Notes under the pieces: model-generated
Database searches by the model: none
The model's input: only the letters and a program-made list of their open reading frames with translations
What the model was told of the DNA's origin: nothing
Shown here: positions 62,276 through 64,000 of the stretch, piece after piece
How positions within the stretch are numbered: position 1 is the first letter of the stretch
How the letters are laid out: the number at the start of each line of letters is the position of its first letter
Program-made: the position numbers and the translations under genes
From: an uncultured bacterium
Lineage (GTDB): Bacteria > Verrucomicrobiota > Verrucomicrobiia > Limisphaerales > UBA8199
Assembly (NCBI GenBank): GCA_963749495.1
Contig: CAVVMW010000001.1
Coordinates: 544,001 to 608,000 of the forward strand
Length of the DNA: 64,000 nucleotides
Direction: 5' to 3'

Positions 62276-62469
62276 TCGCTGGTTTCGCGGTGCCCTGGCT
62301 GGGGTGGGCTGGTGCGCCTGCCCTTGAAGGTCAGTTCCGCGATGCCGGATTTGTCCAACTCTCCCAGAATATCATAGACAGCCGTGATTTCATAACCGCA
62401 TTCCTTGAGCCGCCGGGCCATGTTGGCCCCCATCCGGCCCACACCCACAAAGCCAATTCGTTCAGTCAT
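62269..62469 (-). pseudogene. Internally deleted NAD(P)-dependent beta-hydroxyacid dehydrogenase
   Basis: Rossmann start IGFVGVGRMGANMARRL joined directly to a C-terminus-like GELDKSGIAELTF. Confidence 0.65.
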
Positions 62470-62648
62470 ACGTTGCCTTCCGCCTGTTCTGTCGAGGTCT
62501 CAGCAGTCTAAATGAATGAACCTTTGTCGCAACCTTTGTCGCGACCTTTGTCGGATTGGCCAGGCTTCGACAAAGGTGCCGACAAAGGCTGCGACAAAGG
62601 CCGCGAAAGTCATCCAACGTTTGCTGCAACAGGGTTGCGCCGGCCCTC

Positions 62649-64000
62649 TCACGGGTGGACGACCAGGCGATAGAACCGTGCGGCAGAGGGAGTGCCGGAA
62701 TCCGTCACGCTCATCCAGCAGTTGGTCGGGGCGCCGACAATGTCCATCACCGGCGACCACTGGCGGGCGCTCAGATCGGGGCAGGATTCCAGGCGATAGG
62801 CCAGGTTGGGCAGGGCACGGAAGCCCAGCGTGACGCCGCCCGGAGCGGCGGCCACGGAGTCCAGGCGCGGCAACGAGGGCCGGAGAATGGCCTGCGCGAG
62901 CCAACAGGTTGCGTCGGCCATGAGGCTCTGGCCCACGGAACTCGCCAGCAGCGCGCGCGAGATGTAGAGGATTCGGCCGCCCTGCCCCAACTCGATGCAG
63001 CCCGCGGCGTCCCCGTACTGCTTGGGGGGGTGCGAGTTGGTGTCCGCGACCGAAAGCCAGGAGACATACCGATCCTGGGCGGCCACGTTGGTTGGAACGA
63101 TCAGGCAGAGTCTGTCCGCCTTGGGGCAGATCAAAGATGGGGGGCACCATGGGCAGCGCCACCGCCTGGGTGTTGACCAGCACCGACAGACCGCCAGGCA
63201 CATTGGTGAAGGCCAGGCCAAGCGGCAGACCTACGCAAGGCAACAGGCAATCGGTTGGGCTCGGCTCAGTGGTTGGCGTGTCGGATGGGTCGCACGCGTT
63301 GGAGAAGGGAAAGGCCGACTCGGACAGGACCGCCAAGGTCCCGCCGCCGGCCAGGTACTGGATGACCGCCTCCTTGCCGTCGTCGGCAGTGTTGACCGTA
63401 GCCACGTAGTCGTCGTCGCCCACGTAGAACGCCAACGGAAACCGGGTTGCGTTGAAGAAGCTGGCATCCACCAACTGGCCGGGGGAAAGGCTGGTCCATT
63501 GGTTGCGCAGGCCGGTGTTGCAGGCGAAGACCAGCGCCGGGCCCGGCACGTCGAAGGGCAACAACGCGGGCAACTGGGCGATGAGGTTTGTCGGGAGTTG
63601 GGCGAAACCAGACTGCAGGGCCACCTGGGCCCACCGCTTGTTCTCCTCCTGAACAAAGTCCTGGGCGGCGGAAGAGAGCACGGGCTCAACGGAGTTCCAT
63701 GCGTTGGAATCGCCCATAAAGGCCGTGGCGCCCATCACCAGGCAGCCTTGCGGTTCCACGCCGGCCACCGGGTTGGTCGCCCAGAGCATGGCGTAATCCA
63801 ACAGCACCATGCGATTGAACATCGTGGGCCAACCGCGCCAGGCCAGCACCGGCGTCCGGTTCAACTCGAGGACGGTTCGATCCGCCAGCCTCAGGGCCGG
63901 TTGCGCGCTGAGGGTCGCATCTTCGGGAGGCGAATAGGCCACCAGGACGGCATAGGCCCCCGGCGCGGAGAGCGGGGCGGCGTTGCTGGCGGCGCCCAGG
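62649..64000 (-). CDS. Secreted protein, 3' part (frameshift near 63120), ending in an RFYR C-terminal domain
   Basis: ORFs 62500..63942 and 62649..63221 join; ends AYRLESCPDL..W...RFYRLVVHP. Confidence 0.65.

Overview
This GC-rich bacterial window is most likely from Verrucomicrobiota subdivision 3. That is an inference from the prepilin/H-X9-DG gene, proteins ending in an RFYR domain, the heptamer repeats and the gene content. Many genes are split by 1-bp indels, often at G/C homopolymers, which are probably long-read errors. In order, the window holds: (1) an IS4-family element with a divergent DUF6788-like gene; (2) DUF4956 and VTC-domain genes; (3) a co-oriented six-gene nucleotide-modification cluster, the best candidate for an undescribed system (thymidylate-synthase-like enzyme with a cytidylate-type Asp, B12 radical SAM, TMK-like kinase, HAM1-HIT fusion, SAM methyltransferase, truncated pyruvate-kinase-like enzyme); (4) a toxin-antitoxin island with intact and toxin-deleted modules; (5) a ~5.6 kb surface-protein gene inside a segment bracketed by 450-bp direct repeats; (6) an aldo/keto reductase and a GH32; (7) a 24-kb flagellar basal-body/export/motor operon (flgB to motB) with two sigma54 promoters, no filament, ring or chemotaxis genes, and MITE/REP elements inserted in frame in flhF, fliK and fliP; (8) two-component genes, a prepilin-like gene, a hydrolase, a BSP-DUF1080 fusion, vapBC and a partial secreted protein. 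At least eight families of REP, MITE or short tandem repeats fill the intergenic spaces. No rRNA, tRNA or CRISPR array was seen.
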